64,000 nt of DNA from a virus (taxonomy: Duplodnaviria > Caudoviricetes), in the IMG/VR virus record IMGVR_UViG_3300031992_000052, positions 31,164-95,163 of that record. One strand, written 5' to 3'. The position numbers and the translations under genes were made by a program. The notes beneath the pieces are model-generated. The model was given only the letters and a program-made list of their open reading frames with translations, made no database searches and was not told the origin of the DNA. Positions 42,301 to 49,799 of the stretch are shown here, piece by piece (position 1 is the stretch's first letter; the number at the start of each line of letters is the position of its first letter).

Positions 42301-43117
42301 GCTGCTGCTGCTTCAGGTCGAGCCGCTGGCGCAGCTCGTCGTTCTCGCGGCGTGCGGCATCGGCGCGTGCCTCGGCATCGTGTATGGCCTGCTGGCTGCC
42401 GTCGTGGTCGGTGGCGTAGGCTATGCGCATGGCTTCCTCGCGGTCGGCCACCTCGCCGCGCAGACGGCGGTTCTCCACGGCCACGGCCTCGATGGCCGCC
42501 CCCACCTTCTGCCAGTAGTTGGTCAGCTCGTTCTTCTCGGCCTCGGTCTCGGCGGTCTGCATCAGGTCGGCCAGCCCGTCGCGAGTGCGCTTCAGGGTCT
42601 GCTCGGTGACGGTGCCGCCCCGGGCTATCTCCTCCACCACGTGCTGGTAGTCGGTCTTGAAGCGCTTCACCACCACGTCGGCCTCGGTGGTGATGGCCTC
42701 TATCAGTCGCATCTCTTCAGCGTCGCCCGGGTCGCCGCCAGCTTTCAGGTTGTCGTACCGCTTCTTCATGCCGTTCACGCCGGCACGTATGGCCTTGATG
42801 CTCATGTCCTCGATGTTGCCCATGGCGTAGTGGCGGTAGAGTTCGCCCGCTGCCTTCACGCCACGGGTATAGTCCTTCATCGTGGTGTTCACGTCCTTCA
42901 GGTCGCTGTTCAGCCGTCGCAGCTGCTTGCGGTATTCCTGCAGTGCGGAGTTGTCGTCGGGCACGTCGCCGAGGGCCTTGATGCTGGCGTTCACTTCGGC
43001 TACCTGCTGGTTCAGTTTCTCGGCATGCGTCTGCAGGGCCTGCATCGTAGCGTTGGCCATGCGGGAGTCTACCTCGAATCTTACTCTTGACACTAAGTCT
43101 TGATTTCGTCTGCTCAT
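33395..43117 (-). CDS. tail tape measure protein
   Basis: 3240 aa, helical; LSDRMGEVRKTTG..L.KMDVRTS..AGQLG core; C-terminal GPEFHLVGEAGREAIID. Confidence 0.92.
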   Translation of the reverse strand: MSRRNQDLVSRVRFEVDSRMANATMQALQTHAEKLNQQVAEVNASIKALGDVPDDNSALQEYRKQLRRLNSDLKDVNTTMKDYTRGVKAAGELYRHYAMGNIEDMSIKAIRAGVNGMKKRYDNLKAGGDPGDAEEMRLIEAITTEADVVVKRFKTDYQHVVEEIARGGTVTEQTLKRTRDGLADLMQTAETEAEKNELTNYWQKVGAAIEAVAVENRRLRGEVADREEAMRIAYATDHDGSQQAIHDAEARADAARRENDELRQRLDLKQQQRRELEQKMENNSIQQQTLTDRRDELKAQEKEDRAIRNQRVDDANKELNAARRAAKTQQQAYDEQKQTVEKLRTEVQGLTDDIRKMGEVKAEPKIDTSGIDELKAKLESLKAKRDELDGVIKTQGELSDRYHAEFEELSKLPTPRDKMKKFEQAYAKFRDKMKSSLEKLPQDHFIPYNGYADTIGAADVQMMSRHSVSETDFKASVQRNLENARAYLYERAASFTDQGKSTSLDDLKFNLEQMKKLQDEYKKALKDTDWKKSLYNEDGQSKQGVQAAIDYYKALIKEYESAIKQIETLEAKYKSALETPDNSDRMTELTEKSTEATNALLAAVKEKGKVLTDITETEGKLATAQQQSATAQQQSAQSSEQLAQKQEQLSQKTAELNQQQDKLNGMVDETVTANQRLARAEQEQTDARNAQAEAKKHEGEAVKKVEDELRGLTDEQLKNGQAYSHLTEEINADTAAMQRNITTEQEATREADRLRSGSIDKMEQALARLRESNRKLDPTIDKEEWERGERAIGQLTLRLEELKKQSAELRGEWMTVADAMKYADSIGTEGFVTTDAETKKATEALQRQRETLVSLIHEKERDGDATADERQELARFETALAKISTGFADADEVMKRFSEHMKGTVVTTPGQSIDEQLSQHTSVFDDDIKRTAENVDYYEQQIKEATDELERMEKELAELEKKHANSSWFRKQTSEYKREGYRIEGLRDAIEGETLILDDGTTTRTGQKGQVEWLSRQKQTTQDVLDYYKQQKAEALGLVEVEEQLQKARRMTRDEMQEGIKVLEAEAMAQDRSTADGQKRWEELRKTIGEMNQELKEATGEWMKLADAQKIAEGAGKKGFSASAQEIQQATQALERRREELIKQIRAERDLGNAVDAQEKELDDLTKKLRSLKFEQDNVNMSQEKMRTLIETPANAVNLDELRAAIKRADGQLRQMQQSLGQNSSEYKRFAEQVRNAKNVMKEMEGQAKASATAWEKAFNRLKTYVVMYMGFNELWQKVSNTARDLMDLSDRMGEVRKTTGFTADEVGRLSENLKKMDVRTSLTSLMEISASAGQLGLKTLEDVQGFTEAANKLMIALPEMGREAATEMMRVAIATGEVDKIRKQLQEGTIEGSSATAVAMEKIASTIDRLRATSASTAPEITDLVKRVGAVGAQSGITIDQVAALGSTISSLGMRVEMSATALSRMIPAIRNNAYEIGAIIGKTEEDIKRRFAEGQGMTVIIDLFKAIRERSGITAEGIENDADGVADKVEKMMEAAGFQDIMKELNQQGARAGIVFAGLSQNVEELERQLGVASEAYEENIAIQQEFDKMNETTAAKWERLKNEFEEMWIGDEAQRALGVIIDLLRGLVNLLSGNVSPALKAVSVLLKTFIVYWGLLKIGLGEGIFFKSISGLKAMGTGLKGLIANTQEYIMLSKSLRNAKLAEAAAMTEAERATAAQSVATIRAKMATKALNKEMMANIWMALATAILYAVYALSTWVGEVDISTKAVEELNAKIDEEKDKLDKLVKSYYAAYGNMEKRKNLMNEINQKYSQYLGFLLTDAENSNLVALAHERIAAALEAEMLQREKTQVESRVKEHYSENLAEEWIGFVDDLRDAGLSAEQIARARNDIKETLRQISYNPNSDSFQIPTDAIDPNKIEQYLQSKGVDNPKEASENAEVLIATWVYKYLEETFPQITETGLLPNITGVGSRMSGEWGWVGNTIKNFRTEYTKTYLEMTKEIGKASEDINAQISSAEKRRVEDTQEMINNFKEQGERAVKVITAVNSSEEDIAKAYENLAGAINGLQTLAEELRNAPTPKEIQVPLLPQPTVKDAQSAYLPWMIMPSIDQNRLSQTRETQRQRVNQDVGNNNYNNNNNDNDDPLNHRGPYGNYDKRVDPYEQWDANALVKRRKEMLERVRALAGGADVQKVLSMDKKFMDEATRKGIKNMRDAIAWYNEERLKIQEELDARNLTPTGDWKNPEKGGRSKKKPKTPESEGAIAELDRYYSERKELIEEARANEQMTEAEYNRRLDALEQEHLTKRSELRQTFTSEDKQFIQQFRQWWASVKELDEVSWTAIEAEWIAAWERDRKYNNREAQKDLTAMQAIVVKQLKEIEAIIAKERPFNGITDNLQNNLTKMGLLFKDGVPEDGKFMEENTKRLTFLLKEAENAYSLTFDQLAEDMRKNGLGSWADAIINSENADKEKRAIIAQLHEVYDQVQDAIKKEASQVKKQVDIAWNDAILPNGKSMKATYEAAISALGVQQSSVSRANNLIGAGVASERVADKLAIKQLQLQLRMQEHYYNLVRKTGQQRVDDLLREAKLREDEGKTNEAERLRLDAKHAQMSLNLSLAKEETELAKQREEIIARTEESQNRLYTELKEWADLLTSSLQGVFEASHAGDAEYYNERAKLDLTGKGGPGAGTYVVIDDAGTSDAKAHYEYLDESQALERQHEIEVQNAQAEAWKKLWDDINMKMSETITDQLNALLQNSVIDANTQAVIKNTEALYASMGAAGGSGSGDGYKRNAEGFAVDEQGQIIAPVQPTGETPSGEGVPKAPWQMTDEEVAKSQENMGLLWQTYKEQAIAAETEKTEMLTELPGYVPSPLSITDEQIEATGEKLDALKQKEIAASTETAQAKMQAQEMVKKSEQQNDQQMVKTNKSSFAAMTAAANMYGIAYQTMSNDNLDTSQKVQMMIVQAAGQAAISMLTASMAASTGETAANAPSWISKTLKELGPIGGPVAVGVFTALIGGLMGLATSKIAKSKSEIAQATGASVGAGRLSTGMLTYAEGNVNELTDPASLTPGRQYNVDGADGKTYRAKYMGKDAKTHITNGPEFHLVGEAGREAIIDAKTTRLLQMNETGIWRDIQTLYNGGSIAGLSTRRRRGTGVRAFADGNIGEFEEMADGGGLTAEGTGGMSIEMLASLQASIDRQSDLLESALVNGIKAVNKWTGSDGIPAMYNKMQKEAQRHGEKYL

Positions 43118-43171
43118 AGTGGTATGCTGTGTCTATGTGTTGTTTGCTGTGTTGTGGGGATGATGGCGGGC

Positions 43172-43711
43172 TCAGGCGCGGCCCTCGTCGAGCAGGCGCT
43201 GTATGAGCCTGCGGTTCTGCACCGAGGGTCCGAGGGCATAGACCATGAGGGCCAGTCCGTGGTAGGAGTAGCGGTCTTCGAGCATGGTGATGAACTTCGA
43301 TGCCTGCTTGCGCATCTCGGTGGGTATCGAGGGCTTGGCGCGGCGCGGGCGACCGTCGGGCATGCGGATGGGCTGCCACTTGCGCCCGGCGATGGCTGGA
43401 GGCAGCCCGATGAACGGCATGCTGCGCCCGAGGGCCAGCTCGACGAACTTGGAGTAGTAGAGATACTTAGCCTCGAACACCTGGCGGTTGCCGCCGCAGT
43501 CGTTCCATGTGCGCCACTTCACGGATCGCAGCAGTGCGCCCGACTGTATGGCTCGCTGCCGCTGGATGTTGCCCTTGGAGTCGAGTTCGCCGAACTCCGT
43601 GAACTTGGCTATCCACTTCATCACGCGCTCGTCGCGCCAGTCGAACTTCATCAGTTCGATATTCTCGCCGTAGGGGTCGTGCTGCAGGGCCGTTGGTCTG
43701 TTGTCTGCCAT
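43172..43711 (-). CDS. putative neck/tail-completion protein
   Basis: basic 179 aa; SGALLRS and YSKFVELALGR motifs; precedes the tape measure gene. Confidence 0.5.
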   Translation of the reverse strand: MADNRPTALQHDPYGENIELMKFDWRDERVMKWIAKFTEFGELDSKGNIQRQRAIQSGALLRSVKWRTWNDCGGNRQVFEAKYLYYSKFVELALGRSMPFIGLPPAIAGRKWQPIRMPDGRPRRAKPSIPTEMRKQASKFITMLEDRYSYHGLALMVYALGPSVQNRRLIQRLLDEGRA

Positions 43712-43809
43712 AGTCGTTTTTTTTGTGGGGAAGATAGGGTTATGTGTCGTCAAAATCAAGGGCGAGAGGGGATGATGGATGATGGATGATGGAAGATGGA
43801 AGAACGAAG

Positions 43810-43850
43810 AAAGCCCGCCGTCCGGATGCTGATGCCGGATGACGGGCTTT
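43810..43850 (-). terminator. terminator after the HU-like gene
   Basis: AAAGCCCG.C.TCCGG..CCGGATGACGGGCTTT inverted repeat. Confidence 0.6.
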
Positions 43851-43875
43851 GGTGTGAGAGGGTGAGCGGGCGGGC

Positions 43876-44439
43876 CTACTCATTAGGGTCGGACGGGTCG
43901 TCGCCCTCGCCGCCGGTGTTGTCGGTGGAGCCGCCGTCGGTCTTCTTGGCCACGTAGGCCACCTCCTTGGTGCCCTTCACCTCGTACTTGGGGTTGAAGG
44001 TGCCGAGCAGTTCGTGGAACTTCTGCTTCACCTCCAGATAGGGGCGCAGCGATACGCCTGCCAGTGCGATGAGCTCGCCGGCGTGCTTGACCATCGACTC
44101 TTCGTCGGTGACCACTCCGGGCATCAGCTCCTTGGCCTTGGCCAGGTTGATGCTCTGACACTTCAGACGGGCGTCGGTGTACTGTCGCCAGAGCACGTCG
44201 CCTGCGGTGTTGGTGAACTGGATGGCAAAGCCCTCTGCCATCAGGCGTGCTGCCACGTCGCTGAAGCCCGTGAGCACTTGCGAGATGACGTCGGAGGGCA
44301 CGAGGGGCATGCGGTGGTGCAGCTCCTCGGCAACGAACTGGAGCGAGATGTTCTTAGGCTCCTCGTTGACGGTGATGGTCTTGGCGGTGGTGCCGAGGTT
44401 CTCGTTGCCGTTGTTGATAAAGATGTTGATATCAACCAT
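43876..44439 (-). CDS. HU/IHF-like Bacteroidetes DNA-binding protein
   Basis: ISL..VAEEL..SDVISQVL......L.EG pattern with an acidic Gly-rich tail. Confidence 0.55.
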   Translation of the reverse strand: MVDINIFINNGNENLGTTAKTITVNEEPKNISLQFVAEELHHRMPLVPSDVISQVLTGFSDVAARLMAEGFAIQFTNTAGDVLWRQYTDARLKCQSINLAKAKELMPGVVTDEESMVKHAGELIALAGVSLRPYLEVKQKFHELLGTFNPKYEVKGTKEVAYVAKKTDGGSTDNTGGEGDDPSDPNE

Positions 44440-44516
44440 AGTGATATTGCCGTTTAGCCCATCGGCCGGGGGTCTTAATGAAACAATATGTCGTGATGCC
44501 CGAAGGCGTCGTAAAA

Positions 44517-44612
44517 GTGGTCTCTCAATCCACCTGCAAGGTGATCTATTAAAGCACCTGCAAGGTGATCTCTCAATGCAGTTGCAAGGTGATCTATTAA
44601 AGCAGTTTCAGG
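44517..44612. repeat. 4 x 24-bp tandem repeat
   Basis: GTGRTCTMTYAAWSCASYTKCARG units in an ABAB pattern. Confidence 0.9.
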
Positions 44613-44618
44613 GGCGGT

Positions 44619-45269
44619 TTAATCCGTTGTCGTGTTCGGGTCGGCGGGCGACTCCCTCTCCTCCTCCATCCGCCTGACGATGACGTTGGCGAGGCAGTGC
44701 TGCCAGCGGCGTTTTAGCTCGCCGTATACGCGCTCAATGGTGTCGATGCGCTTGTAGAGTTCTGCTTCCATCTGTGCAAGAGACCCCTTGCCTTCTATGG
44801 GCAGGTCAGGCTTCTCAAGCTCCTGCTCGCACCATGTTACGAAGCGCATCGTGCGCAATGTCGCCTGGTCCCGTGCAAGACGAATACGTTCAGCCAGACG
44901 TCGGTAGTAGGCTGCGTCGCGTACTGATGGCTGATGGCTTTTCGATGGCTGATGGCTGATGGCTGAAAGGCTACGGGTAGGCGCGTCAGCGGGAATTGGC
45001 TGATGTGCGTCGTCGGCAGACCCTCTTACATCTTCCTTCTTACTTCTTACATCGCACATCGACTCTAAGAGCGCCTGTGCCGCCAGCTCCGCGTCGTCGG
45101 GCTCAGGGGTGAGCGGTGCGGGCTTCACGCCCTCGATGCGGAGGGGAACAGGCTCCACCCCCTGCCCCATTCCCGACGTGCCGTCGCCTACCCGTAGCCT
45201 TTCCTGCTGAGGGGCCTGGGTGGCAGCCTTGTGTCGGAAGTATTTCTGTATTTTCTCTTTCAGTGTCAT
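44619..45269 (-). CDS. hypothetical protein (first gene after a GCCCTTGA motif)
   Basis: 216-aa ORF. Confidence 0.7.
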   Translation of the reverse strand: MTLKEKIQKYFRHKAATQAPQQERLRVGDGTSGMGQGVEPVPLRIEGVKPAPLTPEPDDAELAAQALLESMCDVRSKKEDVRGSADDAHQPIPADAPTRSLSAISHQPSKSHQPSVRDAAYYRRLAERIRLARDQATLRTMRFVTWCEQELEKPDLPIEGKGSLAQMEAELYKRIDTIERVYGELKRRWQHCLANVIVRRMEEERESPADPNTTTD

Positions 45270-45586
45270 GCCCGCAAGATATGTCGCGGGGCTGCGGGGT
45301 TCAAGGGCAGAGGGTATCGGCTGTCGCCGAGAAATGGTCTAAAAATGAATACTAAAAATTGTCTATAAATATTTTTAATCCCATTTTTATTTCCATTTCT
45401 TGCGAAGCAATCCTAAGAGATTAAAGGACTGCTATCGGCTGTCGCCGAGAAATTGCGAGACTGCCGGCTGTCGCCGGGAAATTATACAAATTTAATTCAG
45501 AATTTCTCAAAAAGAAGATTTGAATAATTTGAAACCAATTTGAAAAATTTCCGCCCGTCAGGGCGCAGAAACCTTGAACCTTAAAC

Positions 45587-46063
45587 TCACTCGCCCCACA
45601 TCGCCCGGTCGAGCTCTTCGATGAACGGGTCTGGGGGTGGCTGCAGGAAACGCTCGGGGATGGGGGCGGCCTTCAGGAGATAGAGCGGGAGCCACGCTTC
45701 CTCGCTGACACACTGGTAGAGGTCGGCAAACTTCAGGCGCAGAAAGTCGTGACGCGAGCCGACGTACTGGCCCGTGCGCCCGCCCCACCGCTCTACGAGC
45801 TGCTGCAGGGCGCGGCTGTAGTCGGCCAGGTCTTCGTAGCCGTGGCTGGAGTGGTCGCGCAGGTTGATGCCGTCGATGGTGTCGCTGACGCGGAAGAAGC
45901 CCGTGGCCTTCTCCTCCAGCCGGTAGCAGTCCTCGTCCTCGCGCAGGCAGAAGCCCCCGCCCTCGAAGTAGTAGGCCGTCGCGCTGATGTCGTGGACGGT
46001 CTCTATTGGACCGCCCGCCTTGCGGCGTATGCGGTCGCCGTAAATGAATTTAGGTTTGGTCAT
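45587..46063 (-). CDS. hypothetical protein
   Basis: 158 aa, ATGA-coupled. Confidence 0.75.
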   Translation of the reverse strand: MTKPKFIYGDRIRRKAGGPIETVHDISATAYYFEGGGFCLREDEDCYRLEEKATGFFRVSDTIDGINLRDHSSHGYEDLADYSRALQQLVERWGGRTGQYVGSRHDFLRLKFADLYQCVSEEAWLPLYLLKAAPIPERFLQPPPDPFIEELDRAMWGE

Positions 46064-46872
46064 TTGTTCTTTTGTGATTTACGATTTTCCCATTGTCTTC
46101 GCAACTGTTCACTGCGATACTCGCGGGTTTTCTTCAGTCCGAGCCGGTGGGCCATCCGTTTTACATACTCAATGCTGATACCAAGCCGACGGGCCAATTC
46201 ATCGTTATCGGCAGTGGCATACTCGCGTTGCACCACGGCTTCAAGCTGGCGGGTCTTTTCGTGTTTCAGTTTTCCTTCAGCGGCCAGCCGTTTACTGATT
46301 TCACCTATTTTCTGCTGATGACGACGGATGCACTCTTCTGAACGGCGGATGCCATATTTTCCCGCAATCACCTGAATAGAACTGAAACTATAGCCTGTGC
46401 GCCTTACAAGCTCCTCGTCGTGCAGACCGTCGGGGTAGAGTTCGCGGATGGTGGCCACCAGCTGGAACCGCTGTTCGGGCGTCATGCCGTGTCTGGCGGC
46501 ACGGTGCATCCTTACCCAGTCGCTGTCCTTGCGCAGCGCGAGCCTGTCGGCCCAGCGGCGGATGGTACGGTCGTTCACCTGGAAGTGGGCGGCCAGCACA
46601 CGGTTGTCGGTCGTGGCATAGTGGCTGCGCAGGTATTCCGTCACCTCTGCCGAGAGTTTTGCGCCCTCGCCTTTCGGACGGTGACTCCAGTTGCGCTCCA
46701 TGCTGCCGTTGATGGCACTGAAGCCCTGCCGGAAATCTTCATGCTTCTTCAGTCCAAGGCTGGCTGCCCACCGGCACACGGTGCGGTAACTCACGCCCAA
46801 CGCGGCGGCCAGCCGGTCTGTCCGCGTGTCGGCGAAATGTCTGCGTAGAAAGTTTTCTTGTTCGGCTGTCAT
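46060..46872 (-). CDS. multi-HTH-repeat DNA-binding protein
   Basis: four HTH-like repeats: LAAALGVSYRTVCRWA, LAAHFQVNDRTIRRWA, LVRRTGYSFSSIQVIA, LARRLGISIEYVKRMA. Confidence 0.75.
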   Translation of the reverse strand: MTAEQENFLRRHFADTRTDRLAAALGVSYRTVCRWAASLGLKKHEDFRQGFSAINGSMERNWSHRPKGEGAKLSAEVTEYLRSHYATTDNRVLAAHFQVNDRTIRRWADRLALRKDSDWVRMHRAARHGMTPEQRFQLVATIRELYPDGLHDEELVRRTGYSFSSIQVIAGKYGIRRSEECIRRHQQKIGEISKRLAAEGKLKHEKTRQLEAVVQREYATADNDELARRLGISIEYVKRMAHRLGLKKTREYRSEQLRRQWENRKSQKNK

Positions 46873-47360
46873 GTCGGATTTTCCTTTTCTGTGTAGTCGA
46901 TGGCTTCGATGGTGTCAACGGTGCGCCATGCCGTGCGCCATGAGCGCTTCTGCTGGAGCAGCAGGGTGATCAGCAGGTCGTGGGGGTAGTCCTCCTTGAC
47001 CACGTGGACGGCGAATGGTTGCGAGAAGTAGGCGGTCAATTCCTCGATGGGAATGACGGGTATCTCAGCATCGGGGTCGTTTATGTCGACGGGATGCTGC
47101 TGGCCGACGGCTGGGGCCCAGCGGTAGGCGGCGTAGACGCGGAGGCGCGAGAGGATGTCGGCGAGATTGGACAGTTTCTGCGGCACAGCAGCAGACTGAA
47201 CATCGTCCGCGTCAATGCCGGCAAGGGTCAGCAGGGCGGCGCGGGTCACGTATGCCTCGTGCTCCTTGGGGTTCATTTGCAGGAAGCCTTTGGCCTCGTA
47301 CTGCTGCAACATCTTGAAGTAGTCGAGCCAGGGCTGGAGGTTAGTTTTCTTCTTTGCCAT
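46869..47360 (-). CDS. hypothetical protein
   Basis: 163 aa, coupled. Confidence 0.75.
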   Translation of the reverse strand: MAKKKTNLQPWLDYFKMLQQYEAKGFLQMNPKEHEAYVTRAALLTLAGIDADDVQSAAVPQKLSNLADILSRLRVYAAYRWAPAVGQQHPVDINDPDAEIPVIPIEELTAYFSQPFAVHVVKEDYPHDLLITLLLQQKRSWRTAWRTVDTIEAIDYTEKENPT

Positions 47361-47532
47361 GATTGCGGGGCTTTAAGTCTTGGATCACTGCGCCCACGAT
47401 GATGAGCGTGAGCAGTTGGATAACGGCCTGTATGCCTACCATCAGACGGATTGGAAGCAACCAGGCAAGGGCCATCGGTACGGCCACGAAGAGCAGCGCC
47501 AGGACTAAGTAATAGATGATTTTCTGAGTCAT
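47341..47532 (-). CDS. small two-TM membrane protein
   Basis: 63-aa hydrophobic ORF. Confidence 0.65.
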   Translation of the reverse strand: MTQKIIYYLVLALLFVAVPMALAWLLPIRLMVGIQAVIQLLTLIIVGAVIQDLKPRNHGKEEN

Positions 47533-47583
47533 TGTTTCGTTGTTTTTTGAGTCGGCTTGCAGCCGAGAAATTAGTATTAAAAT

Positions 47584-48486
47584 TCATTCTGCCTTATTGT
47601 GTCGCTTGCCGCGATACCGCTCAGCTTCCGCCTCAATAGCCTTGTAGTCGAAGTCGGGTTGCAGTTTTCGCAGTTCGCGTCGTAGCAGGCGTATCTCCTG
47701 ATGGTCGATGCCTGCGTCGTGCTCATACTGGTAGTAGAGCGTGCGGTAGTGGTCGAGTTGTTCAGACTTAAACTGCAGTTCCTGCTCCAGACTCTCCCAC
47801 GTGCGGTCGTGTCCTTGGCGGTCGAGTTCGCGCTGCAGCCGCTTCTGTACGTCGTCGTACAGTTTGGCCAGTTCTCGATGGTTTCGGCGGGCGGTAGCCC
47901 AGTTATAGTAAAACTTCTCGCCGAGGTTGAGTTGTGCGTCGGTGTACTTCTCGCGGTGCAGCCGTGGAGCCTCGCGGACGATACGGAACGACTGCGCTAC
48001 GTAACGGTACTCAGCGTCGATGTATATCAGTCCCGCATAGTCGGGCACCTCGTCGGGCTCTATCAGTCCCGTCGGCACGGCATAGTAGAAGTAGTTGGGT
48101 CGGCGGTGGTTGGCACGAAACTCCATGCTGTTGGGTGAGAGTGTGGCTCTGTAGTCGTCAACCGTCGCATATCGCTTATGATTATAACGCTCGTAATGCT
48201 CGTAGAAGCATGGCATCATCTGTTCTTCAGCCGTCGGACCCTGTAATATGGCGTGCTTGTGTGCCTTGTGCTTGAAGTCGTTCTTAAAGTCGGCGCGGCT
48301 AATCTTGATTTCAAATTCGTAGATGTAGCCGGCCTTCGTCCAGATGAGTTTGTCGCTCTCCCACTCGAACACATACAGTCCGTCGGCATAGTACTTGTGC
48401 GAGGCGAAGAAGTGGTTGAGCCGCTTCTGGATAGTCGCCTCGGTCAGTTCCTCGCGGATGGGTGGTCGTGATATAATGCATGTCAT
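47584..48486 (-). CDS. PD-(D/E)xK nuclease-like (MmcB-like) protein
   Basis: WESD..YIYEFEIKISRADFKND..PNYFYYAVP..P.YAGL. Confidence 0.7.
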   Translation of the reverse strand: MTCIISRPPIREELTEATIQKRLNHFFASHKYYADGLYVFEWESDKLIWTKAGYIYEFEIKISRADFKNDFKHKAHKHAILQGPTAEEQMMPCFYEHYERYNHKRYATVDDYRATLSPNSMEFRANHRRPNYFYYAVPTGLIEPDEVPDYAGLIYIDAEYRYVAQSFRIVREAPRLHREKYTDAQLNLGEKFYYNWATARRNHRELAKLYDDVQKRLQRELDRQGHDRTWESLEQELQFKSEQLDHYRTLYYQYEHDAGIDHQEIRLLRRELRKLQPDFDYKAIEAEAERYRGKRHNKAE

Positions 48487-48525
48487 TTTATTCTTGTCTT
48501 TATTGGGTTAAACATTCGTTGAGTG

Positions 48526-48945
48526 TTACCAGATGGCCATGTCGGGGAGGTTGTCGGGAGGAGTATCAGACCCCACCCCTGCCCCTCCCCTTGATGGGAG
48601 GGGAGCGGCTGCGCCATCGTGTGCGCTGATAGTGCGGCAGTTGTCGCGGCGGTCTGTGCGGTAGCCGCTCCCCACCCCTGTAGGGGCGGGGCTGGGGGCG
48701 GGGTCAGTATCTGCTTCATCCTCCCACCGTCGGTGGTTCAGATACCCTTGGGCATACATGCGCTGGATGCCCCGTGTCTCGCAGTCGTCGCGGTAGCGCT
48801 GGATGCCGGCGAGGGCGGCGCGGCGGTCGCCCTTCGACAGCTTCCGCCACGCCCGCTCGGCGGCCACACGGTCGCGCTTCAGGCCGTATGCGTCCCAGAA
48901 CTTCTGGAACTCCTGGTCAATAGGTGTTGATGTTTTCCTTGTCAT
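48526..48945 (-). CDS. phage replication-protein-like small helical protein
   Basis: FQKFWDAY..K.....A.RAW.KL..YLNHRRWED; start inferred at GCGATATG. Confidence 0.6.
   Translation of the reverse strand: MTRKTSTPIDQEFQKFWDAYGLKRDRVAAERAWRKLSKGDRRAALAGIQRYRDDCETRGIQRMYAQGYLNHRRWEDEADTDPAPSPAPTGVGSGYRTDRRDNCRTISAHDGAAAPLPSRGGAGVGSDTPPDNLPDMAIW
48565..48708. repeat. bipartite GC-rich REP-like palindromic element
   Basis: GACCCCACCCCTGCCCCTCCCC..GGGAGGGGAGCGGC ... GCCGCTCCCCACCC..GGGGCGGGGCTGGGGGCGGGGTC. Confidence 0.7.
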
Positions 48946-48973
48946 ATCGCTAATATATATTATATGTGTGCGG

Positions 48974-49777
48974 TCAGTCCGCCGCCGTGATGTGTCCGCT
49001 GTCGTCGATGCCCAGGGCCTGCATGTCCTCCTCGGAGGCATACTTGCGGGCGGTGTCGAGGTTTAGCTCGATGGCGTGCTTGCCGATGCGGTTGAGCACG
49101 TCGCTGTCGGAGAGCTTGCGGGCCAGCACGTCGGCGGCCAGTCGCAGGTTGGGGTCGTCGTTCAGGTCGATGAAGTCTGCAGGGTCGTCGGTCTTCACGT
49201 AGATGGCGCAGAGCTGCCGCCAGGTGTGCAGCGGCTGGTCGTAGCGGCCACGGGCGAAGAGCGGCGAGTAGTCGGCCCCGAACTTCTCCTTCAGGTCCTG
49301 CATCAGCGCGTCGTACTGTCCCACGGCCAGCTCGGCGCAGATGAGCCCGCACTCCAGCCGTGCCTTCAGTTCGGTGTCCTTCTGCTTGTGGCGGTCGAGG
49401 ACCATCTTCACGGCCATATACACGTTGAAGATATGGCGGCGGTACTCGTCCTCGGTGCCGTCGAGATAGTCGAGCCACATCTTCAGACGGTCGCCGAAGT
49501 TGCTGTTGTGGATAGCCTCGTAGTGCTCCTGGCGGCGGAACGTCTCGCGGCAGAGCTGCTTCGTCTTCTGGCGGTACAGCCCGGCCTGCTTGATGGCGTC
49601 GATGCCGTCGCTGATGGCGATGCGTGCCACTTCGTTGGCAATGCCGATCATCGTGTTCACCAACGAGTTCGCCCGGTCGTAGCCCTCCATGTAGAGCTCC
49701 TGCGTCATCTTCGGGTTCGCCATCTTCAGCTCGGCAGAGTATCGCTTCTGGTATAGGAATGGATTTGTCATAGTCAT
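48974..49777 (-). CDS. hypothetical protein
   Basis: ~267-aa ORF with phage-like codon bias. Confidence 0.8.
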   Translation of the reverse strand: MTMTNPFLYQKRYSAELKMANPKMTQELYMEGYDRANSLVNTMIGIANEVARIAISDGIDAIKQAGLYRQKTKQLCRETFRRQEHYEAIHNSNFGDRLKMWLDYLDGTEDEYRRHIFNVYMAVKMVLDRHKQKDTELKARLECGLICAELAVGQYDALMQDLKEKFGADYSPLFARGRYDQPLHTWRQLCAIYVKTDDPADFIDLNDDPNLRLAADVLARKLSDSDVLNRIGKHAIELNLDTARKYASEEDMQALGIDDSGHITAAD

Positions 49778-49799
49778 ATCGCTCTTTAGAATGTTCACT

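Noticed and set aside
44517-44612. CRISPR array
   Set aside because: Contiguous tandem units with no unique spacers and no cas genes.
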